From NCBI GenBank assembly GCA_964016885.1, contig OZ024741.1:252464001-252528000 (forward strand): a DNA stretch of 64,000 bases, given 5' to 3'. Below the pieces are notes generated by a model. That model ran no database searches. It was given only the letters and a program-made list of their open reading frames with translations, and was not told the origin of the DNA. Both the position numbers and the translations under genes were made by a program. Source of the DNA: Eledone cirrhosa. Lineage: Eukaryota. This document shows, one piece after another, positions 22,734 to 38,051 of this stretch. Every line of letters begins with the position of its first letter. Position 1 is the stretch's first letter.

Positions 22734-24560
22734 CACAGAATATTAAATCATATCTTCTGTTTTTATCTGAAATTACAGGAGAAAATATAATTCCATTGAA
22801 ATAATTCACTGAATGTTTGAGCTTATAGTGAAAAACATTTTGAAAATTGATAAAAATGTAAATTATATCATTTTTTATCATTATATATCAGAATTATCAT
22901 TTCAATAGTAAATTTATAGATATGTACTTATTTGTTATCCTTTTATGCAATCCTTTGACTGCAGCCATGCTAGAGCTCTGCCCAGTGCTCTGTAAATGAT
23001 GTTAACCCCTATTTGATACAATTTATATTTCCAAGTCTGGAATTTTTAAAGTGTTTGGTGAAAGAAGGATATCTAACAACACAAAACTTGTTAAACAAAG
23101 GACAAAGACATAATGACCTTCCAAGTGCTATGATGAAATGCACCCATTCTACTCTGTACATTTTGGAAATGCCTGTAGGTGTGATATAGCTCTAGATCTG
23201 TCTAGGTGGTCAGTAGCTCTAATTAATTACTTAGTCTATGATGACCTGTGAAACTCTTGATAGCAGAGCAAACAGATATCTAATGACGATGAAGGTGAGA
23301 GAAAGGTTGTGAGGATAGACAGATCCTTTAGGAAATTATCTTTTTGATATTAAAAGTGAATATATACAGTCTTTCTCAAAGATGAACTTGATATATATGT
23401 CAGTAAATCTATAAACACCATTCTGATGATTCACTATAAATGAGACAACATCTATAGTATGTCTATGTATAAGGTGGTATTTTATATGGAATTAGTGTTT
23501 AGTAAGTGATATAATAATACAATGCACGTAATATGTTTATAGATAATACAAATTATACAATTTGTCATGTTAAAAATAAAACATCGTGCAGCATATTTGT
23601 TAAACGAAAAAATATATTAAAGTAATAGATATTTTTGGAGAAGTCTTAAACGTTACAGTATGCATGGGAGATAACTACACGTACAGTGTGAAGACATTGT
23701 AATTATGTCCCTTATTTCATGACCGGCGTCTATCTCCTGATACTAATGAAACTATTTCGCCATTGTTTAAATTAGACTGAAGTATCCTTATATGCATGTG
23801 ATCAGTTCTACTTGTTACTGATATTTAGGTACATAATAAAGAGTTACACATTTTAAATGGACCTTGAGTGACTAAGTTAAAAAAGTAAAACATTCATATT
23901 TAATTTAAAAAAAACTGATACATGAAACATAGATATATTTCGTTTTGTATTTGATTTGCAAAGTTCTTGATGCAAGATTGTATGTTGAAACATATATTTG
24001 TGTACCTTGTGAGTGCCATGTTGCCAATTAAAACACCCGCACTGGTTTTATTATTAATTATATACTAATGATAGTGGATTGGTGGAATTGTTTAAGTAAC
24101 AGACACAATACTTTGAGGCATTTAGTTGTGGCCTTTTTCATAAAGAACCAGTGAAGTACTGATGTCGATATAATCGACTTTTCCTTCCCCCAAATTGCTA
24201 GCCTTATGCCTCACTTATAATCCATTATGAATCAGGTAATTTGTCCATCCACCTTTTGATTAATCAACCCATTAGTTAATTAATTGTTAAATATCTTTAT
24301 CAGTAGGGTTTTACTCTCTGCATTATTAAATATTATAATATATACAAGTATGATATTAATGGAGGGGTGTTTTATGTGAGATAACACTTCATATGAGGGA
24401 AAAACCATAATACAAGTGAATGTGATATTGTGTGACAGCATGATGTATGTCATGATATCACATCTTATAAATGCAGTATCAAATGTATGATACTATTCAA
24501 AATAAGATTTAAAAGAGTTAATTATATTAAATTTAACAATATCAATTAATTTTCAACAAT

Positions 24561-24778
24561 ACTTCCATGCTTCCCGAAATTCGCCAACACTACACCTGAT
24601 ATTTCCCTCCATATACACATATGCATGTGTGTGTGTGTTTGTCTGTGTGTATATCATGACTCATACACTGTTCACTTTCCTGCCATTTGTACATTATTCT
24701 ATGTATTATACTTGCAGCTTTCATGAGTTGTAGTGCACCTGAGCACTGTGCACAATAATTTTCACTATTATTATTATT
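24561..24778 (+). mobile_element. CR1/L2-like LINE 3' end with (ATT)n tail; orthologous insertions at ~34057-34272 and 43641-43858
   Basis: Matches the 3' end of the longer LINE fragment at 57641-58127. Absent at this site in copies 1, 2 and 6. Confidence 0.7.
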
Positions 24779-24849
24779 AAGAAAGAAACTTTATATAGAT
24801 TATTGATAGTTTCTCAATAAATGCCCCATCAGAAACAAGTAAAACTTAC

Positions 24850-25018
24850 CAAAAGTAGGTATGATACAAAATCCACGCTGAAAGATAGGAATTCTTTAAG
24901 ATAAAAATGTTAAGTCATCCCATTTTGATGACAACAGAAGCATCTATCAGTTGTTCCCTGTATCTAATAGCAACAGATCAGGTCATCAATATATTGGTCC
25001 CTTCCATCAGATATTATC
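24850..25018 (-). other. PCDH copy 3 putative 5'-UTR exon 2
   Basis: Conserved splice sites; 169 nt. Confidence 0.7.
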
Positions 25019-26901
25019 CTAAAATATATTGAAATATAACAACAATATTGAAATACTGTAAAGAAAGGACAGATAATAAATTTTGTAGCAATATATTTTA
25101 ATAAACCTTCTATGATGAACATGTTAAAAATTATACGGTCTATATACTAAACACTAAATTGTAATAATTCTGTTTCTTGGTGTTATATAAATGAGAGATG
25201 TATGATGATATTGGTGAATTGAATAGTTGAGTTTAAATAGATTTCTCTTTAATATAGCCATATTAAAAATATGTACACCCTTTACTAATGATAAACTGTA
25301 AATGCAGAGAATTTCATTTACAGGAAACTGTAAATATTGAGAGTCACACATTCCTATTTTTTTTAATGCTATCACAAATGCAAAATATAAAAAGAAAATT
25401 TCATCGAGAAATGTCTCTGAAAGGAACATTTGTAAAATATTTTCATCCGTACTCAAAATTTCTAACTAAATTTTCTAAATACTAGATACTACACATTAGG
25501 CTGTAAATACACATTAGGCTGTAAATATACAATGTCTATCTATTACTAATATGTAAATATATGAAGTGCATTGTATCATAAACTTATAATAATGAGAAAA
25601 TCAAATATATATATCCTATGCTATCCTGGATGATAGACATTAAACAATAATGATGATGATGATTATATATATAGAGAGAGAAAAATCAAATGTGTCGGGC
25701 GAAAGGACAATATATATCAATCATCATCATTTTTTGTCCGCTTCTCCCTGCTTGCAAGGGTGGGACGGGAACTGATTCTGGCTTTATTTCTACAGTTGGA
25801 TGCCCTTCCTAACACCAACCTCATTTACAGTGAGTGCTGGGTGCTTTTTTGCCGTGGCACCTCCACGACCACTTTGCAGTGGAATGATAGGGACCCCAGT
25901 CCCTATCATCTCAATTCTACAGCTGAGTAAACTGGAACAATGTGAAATAAAGTGTCTTGCTCAAGGAAACAATACATCACCCGGTCGTCTGAGAATTGAA
26001 CTCACAACCTTTCGATTGTAGGGCCAATGCTCTAACCACTTATATGTATATATATATATATATATTGCTATTTATTTGAGAATTTTGATGAGAAAATTAC
26101 ATTGTATCACATCAATATGTCTGCTGTTATTCACAAAATTCAGCACTGTTTCTAAGAGAAGTTTATCTTTATTATTACTGTTAATATTATTATAGTTTGG
26201 TTGATTAATCTACACAGACGCTAGAGAAACACTATCCATTTACCTTAATATATGCTGTCTTTAATAAGACACTAACAGATACAACATTTTAGATAATAAA
26301 TCTCTCACAGAATCAGTCACGCAACAATGTCTGACAGAACAATAACAGCTATTCGGGATGATAGATTCATTAAATTGTCTTTCATTATTATGTTAACATA
26401 TTTCTATGGTGTTCTTAAAATACTATTTAAACATTATGACATGATAAAATTTATATATCAAATATTGCATTAGAAATATTTCTGCTCAATATAAAATATG
26501 ATTAGACTGTTTATAATAAATAGAGAAATGAAATAATATAATTTAGTTAAATTGGAGAAGAGAGAGGATGTAAAGACAAAATGGAGATTTACTGTTAAAT
26601 ATGGCGTATAGTTACAAAATCTACACTTATAATTTTAATTACCAAACAATATAGTAAAATGAAACAATAATTATTAGCTATATTAATATATAGCTATTAT
26701 ATTTCTAACACTGAATTATGAAATAGTGTAATAATAGGTTAGTATTTTATAATAAAAAGTATGTTATATGGGAAACATCAGTTGGTAGTATTTCTCAGTG
26801 CTAGAAATGGTCTTTTATAAATATCTTAATTTCTTACATGTTATATTTTCACACATTATATCAAAGATGAAATATGTGAATAAAACATGATGTACACTTA
26901 C

Positions 26902-27190
26902 CTCCATTGTTTCATCCATAATCTATGTCTGTGTATGATACTCTGTGTTAGTGTGTGATAGAGTGTGATAGTGTCTCTATGGTAGTAGTAGAGGGATCAC
27001 AAGATGTAACTACTACTACTGCTACTACTGTTGTTGTTGTTGTTTCTGCTGCTGTTGTTATTGCTAGTGTTGACAGTGTTGCTGCTGTTACTGCTGCTGT
27101 TTGTATTGTTGTTGTTATTGCTGCTGTTGTTACTGCTGCTGTTGTTATTGTTGCTGCTGTTGTTATTCCTTCAGAAGCAGCCTACTGCAC
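26902..27190 (-). other. PCDH copy 3 putative leader exon 1
   Basis: Donor at 26902/26901; uORF ATG at 26919. Confidence 0.6.
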
Positions 27191-27857
27191 ATATACAATA
27201 TTACAACACATATTCTACAGTATACTCCAATGATGTGTCATAAGGGATGTGTATAGTCTGTGTGTAGTGTATAGTCTATAAATGAGTTGTGTAACGATGG
27301 GGTCTGCTATATTGTTATAAGATGCTGTGTATATAAATCTATATAAATATATAGAGAGCAATTGTAGATATTTCATTCAATTTATTGTGTGTAAGCAGGA
27401 GATGATGATAAGGATGATACATATATACTTATATATACATACATATACACTTATACACACACACAGATATGTGTATTTATACATATTTATACACATATCT
27501 ATATATACACACACAGATCATATTTATACATGTGTATATATGAATGTATGTATATAAATGTATATATATGTATGTGTGTGTGTATATATGCATATTTATA
27601 CATATCTATATACACACACATATCATATTTATACATGTATGTATATATATATATATATAACGAAGGAAGTGTGGCACCAGAGTACTCGATATTTTCGGTA
27701 GTAGAGTGGGTAATAGGAAAAGAGTCAGAAACAGCTGTCAAAACGGCTTGAGCTCTGCCGTCGGGGTTCTGACTCTTTTCCTATATATATAATATATATC
27801 TGTATAAATACAGATGGTGAAGACGAGACTGCACCAATGTGTATTATATATACACAT

Positions 27858-28230
27858 ATCTAATATGTAGGTATGTAAACATGCCAGAAAATATGAATTT
27901 CTCTGTAAATTGAAAACCATGATAAACTCCTTTAATCCATCTCCATATCTTATTGGACTCTCATCAGAAGATGTGTATATCATCCAATCAAGCACAAGGA
28001 AACATGTAATTAGTATTATTCTGAAATGGACTTAATAATTTGCCGTAATTAGTACTCCTGTTGGTAATTAGGAACAATAGATATATCCCTGTGGTTGATT
28101 TGATGATATACATTCCTTCTGATGAGGATCCAATTAGATTTGAAAATCAATTAAAGGTGTTTTTTCACTTTTTCATTTGAGAGGTAAATTCCTATATTCT
28201 GGCATGATTACATGTTTACACATTAGATAT
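27858..28230. repeat. Degenerate inverted pair of Penelope-like terminal repeats; also ~37155-37556, 46915-47284, 58716-59118
   Basis: Arms are imperfect reverse complements, and each carries CTGATGA on opposite strands. Confidence 0.6.
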
Positions 28231-28321
28231 GTGTTTATATGTTGGTACAGTCTTGGTTACACACTGTATTGTGTACTTCACGTGCTAGCGCATTTCTTAA
28301 TATATATATAAATATATACAT

Positions 28322-28354
<33 letters not shown>

Positions 28355-28454
28355 CAGGGTGGCCCTAAAAATGTATACACACTTTGATTATATATATAGG
28401 CAATAATTATTAGAATGCTGTTGAAGTGTGTACACAGTTTTTTTGTATACCCTG
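28355..28454. mobile_element. ~100-bp Tc1/mariner-type MITE; also 37690-37789, 47402-47502, 59234-59352
   Basis: TA|CAGGGT...ACCCTG|TA termini and imperfect subterminal inverted repeats. Confidence 0.7.
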
Positions 28455-28514
28455 TACATATATATATATATAGATACATATCTACACACACACACACAAT
28501 ATATATATATATAG

Positions 28515-28555
<41 letters not shown>

Positions 28556-28680
28556 TGTGAAAATGTTTTCATGGGATGTTCCAGAACGTTAAGATCGAAG
28601 CACTATATTCCACAGTCTCTCTCTCTCTCTCAAACCCTGCTCTCTGTTACAATGTCTCTTTCTCTAGTAGAAATGTGGTT

Positions 28681-28704
28681 TTATTTTTTAATTCGTGTTG
28701 GTAA
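28681..28704 (-). CDS. PCDH: PCDH copy 4 terminal coding exon LPTRIKK*
   Basis: ttttctctgttccag acceptor; synonymous CGA for Arg. Confidence 0.8.
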   Translation of the reverse strand, partial: LPTRIKK

Positions 28705-29311
28705 CTGGAACAGAGAAAATACATAGAAATCAATAAAATATTTGATTCCAGACACATCAAACATATCATGTCTGATATGTAATATGACTGAACAAATATG
28801 ACAGACAATATGTCTGACCAAATATATAAGAGACAGTCTTGAATATACTATGTATGACAAACAATATAACCAATTTCTTACAAACATTATGCCTGACTAT
28901 AAAATTATGACAAACAATATTTGACCAATGTGCAGCATATATTATGCCGGACCATTGTATGACATAATATGTATGACATATATTAATTATGAGTGATGTA
29001 TGAAAACTAATATATAATAGTCAGTATGATTGAACTATATATAGCAGTAAAGATGTCTTATCTATGTTTGCAACACATTATGTCTGTACAGTGTATGATA
29101 GAAAATATCTTGATCCAATACATGATAGACAATATGGCTGACCAAAATATGATAGTTATTATGTGTAACAAAATATTTCACAGTATGTCTGAAGGAACAT
29201 ATGACAAATACTGTCAGAATGATGTATGATAAAAGATTATGCTTTACCAATGTAGCATAGAGAATTAAAATGACCAATGTAGGACAGATAAACTGTCTGA
29301 GCAATGTAAAA

Positions 29312-29655
29312 TGGTCATGTAGGTTTCATGGCAAATAGCACCCAGCCCACACTGTAAAGTAGTTGTGTAGGTCTCATGACAAAATCACCCAGCCCACACT
29401 GTAAGTGGTCATCAAGGTGTCACAACAAAAAGCAGCCACCCCACACTGTAAAGTGCTCATGTAGGGTCACGACAAAAAACACGCAGTACTCTCTGTAAAT
29501 GAGGTTGGCATTAGGAATGGCATCCAGCTGTAGAAACCAAGTTAAAATAAGCTCTGTATGAGAAAGGCATGGTCACCTGGCCTGACATTGCCCACAACAG
29601 CACAACTCCCCTAACCAATGCTAATATGAAAAAATGGACATAAAACGGTGATGAT
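29312..29655 (+). mobile_element. RTE-like tail fragment preceded by ~40-bp tandem repeats; also ~38659-39015 and 50752-51050
   Basis: Repeated catgtagg...cccacactgtaaagt units, then GGCATTAGGAATGGCATCCAGCTGTAGAAACC. Confidence 0.6.
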
Positions 29656-29718
29656 ATATTATAATATATAATATATAATTTACCAATATTGTACCAATAT
29701 ATATAAAATATAACTTAC

Positions 29719-32145
29719 CAATATTGTATTTGGTGGACTCTTCTCCAGGGTACCTGTGTCTATCCATTCACTCTGGGATTCATACTGGGGGTAAAAATCT
29801 CCCTGACATTCTATATACTGGATGTTTCTATAATTCAAATCTGTAGAATACCTCACTGGGGTACCAGGAACACTGTTGTTGCTGCTCTGACATGGTAAAG
29901 GTTGATCAATTCTGTTACATATAGCTGACCGATCAACACCTCTCCTAGTGGCCTTTGTAGATTGAGACTGACCACTGCTACATTTCAAAATACACAGTGT
30001 GATGGACACTACAATGACCACAGCCACTATTACAGCTGCTACTATAATTATAATTAATATTGGTATATCAAATATTTTGTTCTTCTCTAACTGGAGAGTG
30101 GTCATCTGTGGTGATGATGTCTTGTTGGTGACCTTTAATGATAAAGACACAGTAGTTGTGGCTGACTTCACTGGGGTACCAGAATCCTTGACCACAAGTA
30201 CCAGTTGATATGAGCCGACTTCATTGATATGAGGTGAACGTGAGAAAGACATCTGACCAGTAAAAGAGTTCAGTGTAAACAACTGTTTATTATTACCATC
30301 AAGTATTCCATATTTGAGGAAGGCATTTAAATGACTGTCTCTATCAGTGGCTTTAATCACAGTGATGGCATTGGTACTTTGTGGATGGTAGTGGACATTG
30401 ATATGGAATGGGTCAGTTGTAGGGTAGATAAAATATGGACTATTGTCATTTCTGTCTAAAACCTCAATAACAACATTGGCTGTATTATTCAATGATGGTT
30501 GACCATTGTCTTTGACAAATACTTCAAATTTATACATGTCCTCTTCTTCTCTATCTAATGGTATGTTGCTGGTAATAAAACCAAAGTCACTCACCTTAAA
30601 TGGTATATTATTTCTGTCTTTACTTAATATTGAGTAAGTTAGTTGACCAGCCCTTCCTAGGTCTGGGTCAGTGGCATTAATAAAACCTATAGGAAAGTTA
30701 GCTTTACCATTCTCATAAGTAAGGAAGTGGAATTTGTCTTTGGTAAATTGTGGTTTCACATCATTTACATCCATTACTTCAATAGAAATCTTTCTCTCTG
30801 TCTTTAAAGGAGGACTTCCATTGTCTTCACATACAAGTTTTATGTTAAAATGATCCAATATTTCTCTGTCAAGTGATTTCTTCAAAGTAATTTTATATTC
30901 CTTTGATTCTAAATGTGAGAGGACAACTTTATCATGTTTTAAATTACAAGTCACCTCTCCATTCTCTCCTACATCATTGTCCACTACATTGACATAAGCT
31001 ATATAACTGCCCACTTCAGTTCCTTCATAAATTGCTGCTGTATCCTTCTTTAGTTCAGACACAAAATTCATATCAATTTCTGGGGCATGGTTCTTTTCAT
31101 TAAGAATATTCACCCGAACAATGGCAAAGGAATTTAGTGGGGGATTACCACCATCTTTGGCTTCTACATACATCTTAAGTATATTCTTTGTTTGGGATGT
31201 AAAATTTTTTTTTACAAATAATTCCCCTGTTTGATGATTAATTTTAAAGTAGCCTCTTGTGCGCTTTGGCGTTTCTGAACTAAAGTAATACGAAACTTGA
31301 CCATTTTCTCCAGAATCTGGGTCTTTGGCTGACAATGTTACAATAGGAATATCATTAGCATGTGTATTTTTTATGGAAATATTGTAGATATGTTTTGAAA
31401 AAACTGGTGAGTTATCATTAACATCAATTATTGTTATATGAACATGTAAAATTCCTTGTTTTGGAGGTTGTCCTCCATCTTTAGCTATCACTTCTAGATT
31501 GTAACTATCTTTTAGTTCCCTATCTAGTTTATCTCCAATAATAATTCCTATTTTAGATCTACCAGTGATAGTTTTCCTAACAGATAATATAAATGGTTCA
31601 TTGAATTTTTTCTTCAATTTATATGTAACTTCAGAGTTCTCCATTCCAATATCCTTATCAATGGCATCTGGTATTAATCTTTCTGCTCCTTCACTATCAC
31701 GCTCATCAAATGTGATATTTATTTCTCTCTGTGGAAACTCTGGGCTATGGTCATTGATGTCTTGTATAATGACTTTAACTTTTATGATCTTCAAAAATGT
31801 CTTCCTTTTATGTACAGCAACTTTAATGTATCTAAAACAATCTGATTCATATGTACACAGTTCCTCAGCATCAAGTGTTTGTGTAGTGTACAATTTACCA
31901 TCTTTTGTGACATTAAACAAAGAATCAGTTCTTTGTCGCTGTATTTGGTTATATGTGATGAAGTTATTTTCTACAAGTGAGGCACTATTCTCCATCTGTG
32001 TGTCAGCAGCAATATCCCCAACAAATGTAAAGGGACTACTTTCTTCTTCTACATGGTAGCTCAGATCAATACTGACACAACTGTGTAGTAATAGACTGAT
32101 GACATTGGCAAGTAAGTATGTATTCCACACACAGTCTACTTCCAT
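29719..32145 (-). CDS. PCDH: Protocadherin copy 4, large exon (809 codons)
   Basis: Exon starts at 32178; donor at 29719/29718. Confidence 0.95.
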
Positions 32146-34344
32146 CACAGAATATTAAATCATATCTTCTGTTTTTATCTGAAATTACAGGAGAACATAT
32201 AAAATTTCCATTGAATGTCTGAGATTATAGTAACAAACAATTTGAAAATGCATAAAAACATGAAATAAATATATTATTTTATATCATATGTGTAATGATG
32301 CCTAGATTTTAATGTTGAACATTTATACTGAAAGTTTAAAATTACAGTAATCAATGTTTAGAAAATTGACAAATAATATAAAATATATAATTTCTTCTAT
32401 TATATATCAAAATTATCATTTCAATAGTGAATTTAGACATATGTAGTTATTTTTTATACTTTCATTGGTTGAAATCCTTTGACTGTAGCCATGCTATAGC
32501 TCTGCCTAGTGATTTGTCAATGATGTAAGCCTTTCTTTGACAAAATTTATTTTTCCAAGTTTGGAATTTTTAAAGTGTATGGTGAAAGAAGAGTGTTTAA
32601 CAACAGAAAATTTGTTAAACAAAAGATCAAAAGGATTTTTTAGACGTGTCAAATAAATGACAATCTTCAAAGTGCTAGTGCTATGATGAAATGCACCCAT
32701 TCTACCCTGTAGATTTTGGAAATTCATATAGGTGTGATATAGCTCTAGACATGTCTGGGAGGTCACTAGCTCCAACTAATTACTTAGTCTATGATGACCT
32801 CTTGATAGCAGAGCAAACAGATATTAAAAGTGAATATATAGAGTCTGTCTCAAAGATGAACTTGATATATCTGAGAATAAATGTATAAACACTATTCTGA
32901 TGATTCATTATAAATGAGTTACCATTTATAGTATGTCTATGTGTTTGTTGGTATTTTATACGAATTGGTGTTTAGTATGTAATATAACAATAAAATGCAC
33001 GTAAGTTATTTATAGATAATACTGATGGTAGAATATTTTTATGTGATAAATAGAATATCTTGCAGGGTATTCGAAACTAACATATATATTAAAGTAATAG
33101 ATATTTTTCGAGAAGTCTTGATAAACGTTACAGTATTCATGGGAGATAACTAGCCGTACAGTGTGCAGACATTGTGATTATCTCGCTTGTTTCATTACGG
33201 CGTTTGTCTTCAACATACTATCACTTAAATTTAATGAAACTATTTCGTCATTTTTAGACTGAAATATTCTGTATGCATGTGATCAGTTCTACATGTTACT
33301 GATATTCAGGTACATAATAAAAGTTACACATTTTGGATAGACCTTGGGTGACTAAATTACAAAACTAAAACATTCATATTTAATAAAAAAAAACAAAAAA
33401 ACACCCGATACAGAGAAACAGATATATTTCGTTTTGCATTTGATTTGCAAATTTCTTGATGCAAGATCGTATGTTGAAACAGATATTGTTGTACCTTGAT
33501 AGTGCCATGTTGCCATTAAAACACCTGTCCTTGTTTTATTATTAATTATATACTCATGATAGTGGATTGGTGGAATTGTTGAAGTAACAGACACAATACT
33601 TTAAGGCATTCAGTTATGGCCTTTTTCATAAAGTACCAGTGAAGTACTGATGTCGATATAATCGAATTTTTCTTCCCCCAAATTGCTAGCCTTATGCCTC
33701 ACTTATAATCCATTATGAATCAGGTAATTTGTCCATCCACCTTTTGATTAATCAACCCATTAGTTAATTAATTGTTAAATATCTTTTATCAATGGGTTTT
33801 ACTCTCTGCATTATTAAATATTATAATATATACAAGTATTATATTAATGGAGGGGGTGTTTTATGTGAGATAACACTTCATATGAGGGAAAAACCATAAT
33901 ACAAGTGAATGTGATATTGTGTGACAGCATGATGTATGTCTGGATATTGCATCTTATAAATGCAGTATCAAATATATGATACTATCCAAAATAAGATTTA
34001 AAAGAGTTAATTATGTTTCAATTATATTTCACAATATCAATCAATTTTCAACAATACTTCCATGCTTCCCGAAATTCGCCAACACTACACCTGATATTTC
34101 CCTCCATATACACATATGCATGTGTGTGTGTATGTGTCTGTGTGTATATGATGACTCATGCACTGTTCACTTTCCTGCCATTTGTACATTATTCTATGTA
34201 TTATACTTGCAGCTTTCATGAGTTGTAGTGCACCTGAGCACTGTGCACAATAATTTTCACTATTATTATTATAATGAAAGAAAATTTATATAGATTCTTG
34301 ATAGTTTCTCAATAAATGCCCCATCAGAAACAAGTAAAACTTAC

Positions 34345-34513
34345 CAAAAGTAGGTATGATACAAAATCCACGCTGAAAGATAGGAATTCTTTAAGATAAA
34401 AATTTTAAGTCATCCCATTTTGATGACAACAGAAGCATCTATCAGTTGTTCCTTGTATCTAATAGCAACAGACCTGGTCATCAATATACAGGTCCCTTCC
34501 ATCAGATGTTATC
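34345..34513 (-). other. PCDH copy 4 putative 5'-UTR exon 2
   Basis: Conserved splice sites; 169 nt. Confidence 0.7.
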
Positions 34514-35078
34514 CTAAAATATATAGAAATATAATAACAATATTGAAATACTGTAAAGAAAGGACAGATAATAAATTTTGCAGTGATATATTTTAATAAA
34601 CCTTCTATGATAAACATGTTAAAAATTATACGGTCTATATACTAAACACTAAATTGTAATAATTCTGTTTCTTGGTGTTATATAAATGAAAGATGTATGA
34701 TGATATTGGTGAATTGAATAGTTGAGTTTGAATAGATTTCTCTTTAATATAGTCATATTAAAAATATGTACACCCTTTACTAATGATAAACTGTAAATGC
34801 CGAGAATTTTATTTACAGGAAACTGTAAATATTGAGAGTCACACATTCCTATTTTTTTTAATGCTATCACAAATGCAAAATATAAAAAGAAAATTTCATC
34901 GAGAAATGTTTCTGAAAGAAATATTAGTAAAATATCTTCATCTGTACTCAAAATTTCTAACTGAATTTTCTAAATACTAGATACTACACATTAGGCTCTA
35001 AATATACAATGTCTGTCTATTAATAATATATAAATATATGAAGTGCATTATATCATAAACCTATAATAATGAGAAAAT

Positions 35079-35126
<48 letters not shown>

Positions 35127-35151
35127 TAGTTGCATATCAAAAGAGAAAAAA

Positions 35152-35191
<40 letters not shown>

Positions 35192-36251
35192 ATTATTATT
35201 ATTATTATATAGGAAAAAGTTATGACCCCGACGCAGAGCTCAAGCCGTTTTGACAGCAATTTCTGGACTAAATTAGAATTTTTAGCCCTAAATTAGAATT
35301 TGTTTCCTATTTCCCACTCTACTACCCTAAGTTTTGAGTACTCTGGTGCGTTATGGTCCATTTGGTTCATTACCACGATTCCTTTGTTATATTATTATAT
35401 ATATATGTAAATATACTGCTATTTATGTCAGCTATTTCATTAGCAAATTACATTGTATCACATCAATATGTCTGCTGTTATTCAAAAAATCAGCACTGTT
35501 TCTAAGAGAAGTTTATCTTTATTATTACTATTAATATTATTATTGTTTGGTTGATTAATCTACACAGACGCTAGAGAAACACTATCCATTTACATTAATA
35601 TATGTTGTCTTTAATAAGACACTAAAACATACAACATTTTAGATAATAAATCTCTCACAGAATCAGTCACGCAACAATGTCTGACAGAACAATAACAGCT
35701 ATTCTTGATGATAGATTCATTAAATTGTCTTTCATTATTATGTTAAGATATTTCTATGGTGTTCTTAAAATACTATTTAAACATTATGACATGATAAAAT
35801 TTATATATCAAATATTACATTAGAAATATTTCTGCTCAATATAAAATATGATTAGACTGTTTAAAATAAATAGAGAAATGAAATAATATAATTTAGTTAA
35901 ATTGGAGAAGAGAGAGGATGTAAAGACAAAATGGAGATTTACTGTTAAATATGGCGTATAGTTACAAAATCTACACTTATAATTTTAATTACCAAACAAT
36001 ATAGTAAAATGAAACAATAATTATGAGCTATATTAATATATAGCTATTATATTTCTAACACTGAATTATGAAATAGTGTAATAATAGGTTAGTATTTAAT
36101 AATAAAAAGTATGTTATATGGGAAACATCAGTTGGTAGTATTTCTCAGTGCTAGAAATGATCTTTTATAAATATCTTAATTTCTTACATGTTATATTTTC
36201 ACACATTATATCAAAGATGAAATATGTGAATAAAACAAGATGTACACTTAC

Positions 36252-36485
36252 CTCCATTGTCTCATCCATAATCTATGTCTGTGTATGATACTCTGTGTTA
36301 GTGTGTGATAGTGTGTCTGCAGTAGTAGTAGAGAGAGGGATCACAAGATGTAACTACTACTACTACTGTTGTTGTTGCTGCTAGTGTTGACAGTGTTGCT
36401 GCTGTTACTGCTGCTGTTGTTGTTATTGCTGCTGTTGTTACTGCAGCTGTTGTTGTTATTCCTTCAGAAGCAGCCTACTGCACAT
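36252..36485 (-). other. PCDH copy 4 putative leader exon 1
   Basis: Donor at 36252/36251; uORF ATG at 36269. Confidence 0.6.
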
Positions 36486-37644
36486 ATACAATATTACTAC
36501 ACATATTCTACAGTATACTCCAATGATGTGTCATAAGGGATGTGTATAGTCTGTGTGTAGTGTATAGTCTATAAATGAGTTGTGTAACGATGGGGTCTGC
36601 TATATTGTTATAAGATGCTGTGTATATAAATCTATATAAATATATATAGAGCAATTGTAGATATTTCATTCAATATATTGTGTGTAAGCATGAGATGATG
36701 ATAAGGATGATACATATATACTTATATATACATACATATACACTTATACACACACACAGATATGTGTATTTATACATATTTATACACATATCTATATATA
36801 CACACACAGATAATATTTATACATGTGTATATATGAATGTATGTATATAAATGTATGTATATGTGTGTGTGTATATATGCATATTTATACATATCTATAT
36901 ACACACACATATCATATTTATACATGTATGTATATATATATATATATATATAACGAAGGAAGTGTGGCACCAGAGTACTCGATATTTTGGGTAGTAGAGT
37001 GGGTAATAGGAAAAGAGTCAGAACAGCTGTCGAAACGGCTTGAGCTCTGCCGTCGGGGTTCTGACTCTTTTCCTATATATATATATAATATATATCTGTA
37101 TAAATACAGATTGTGTAGACGAGACTGTACCAATGTGTATTATATATACACATATCTAATATGTAGGTATGTAAACATGCCAGAAAATAGGAATTTCTCT
37201 GTAAATTGAAAACCATGATAAACTCCTTTAATCCATCTCCATATCTTATTGGACTCTCATCAGAAGATGTGTATATCATCCACTCAAGCACAAGGAAACA
37301 TGTAATTGATGGGTATATATATATACTCATTCACTGTTAGTATTATTCTGAAATGGACTTAATAATTTGCCGTAATTAGCACTCCTCTTGGTAATTAGGA
37401 ACAATAGATATATCCCTGTGGTTGATTTGATGATATACATTCCTTCTGATGAGGGTCCAATTAGATTTGAAAATCAATTAAAGGTGTTTTTTTATTTTTC
37501 CATTTGAGAGGTAAATTCCTATATTCTGGCATGATTACATGTTTACACATTAGATATGTGTTTATATGTTGGTACAGTCTTGGTTACACACTGTATTGTG
37601 TACTTCACGTGCTAGCGCATTTCTTAATATATATATAAATATAT

Positions 37645-37689
<45 letters not shown>

Positions 37690-37849
37690 CAGGGTGGCCC
37701 TAAAAATGTATACACACTTTGATTATATATATAGGCAATAATTATTAGAATGCTGTTGAAGTGTGTACACAGTTTTTTTGTATACCCTGTACATATATAT
37801 ATATATAGATACATATCTACACACACACACACAATATATATATATATAG

Positions 37850-37902
<53 letters not shown>

Positions 37903-38027
37903 TGTGAAAATGTTTTCATGGGATGTTCCAGAACGTTAAGATCGAAGCACTATATTCCACAGTCTCTCTCTCTCTCTCAAACCCTGCTCTCTGTTACAAT
38001 GTCTCTTTCTCTAGTAGAAATGTGGTT

Positions 38028-38051
38028 TTATTTTTTAATTCGTGTTGGTAA
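38028..38051 (-). CDS. PCDH: PCDH copy 5 terminal coding exon LPTRIKK*
   Basis: Same acceptor and phase as the other copies. Confidence 0.8.
   Translation of the reverse strand, partial: LPTRIKK

Noticed and set aside
25154-25485. Recurrent ~100-aa ORFs (MSTDENIL...) in copies 3-5
   Set aside because: Intronic AT-rich sequence duplicated recently. Not maintained in copies 1, 2 or 6, and no motif.
29312-29500. Regularly spaced ~40-bp repeats as a CRISPR-like array
   Set aside because: Eukaryotic context and no unique spacers; it is a tandem repeat attached to a retroelement tail.
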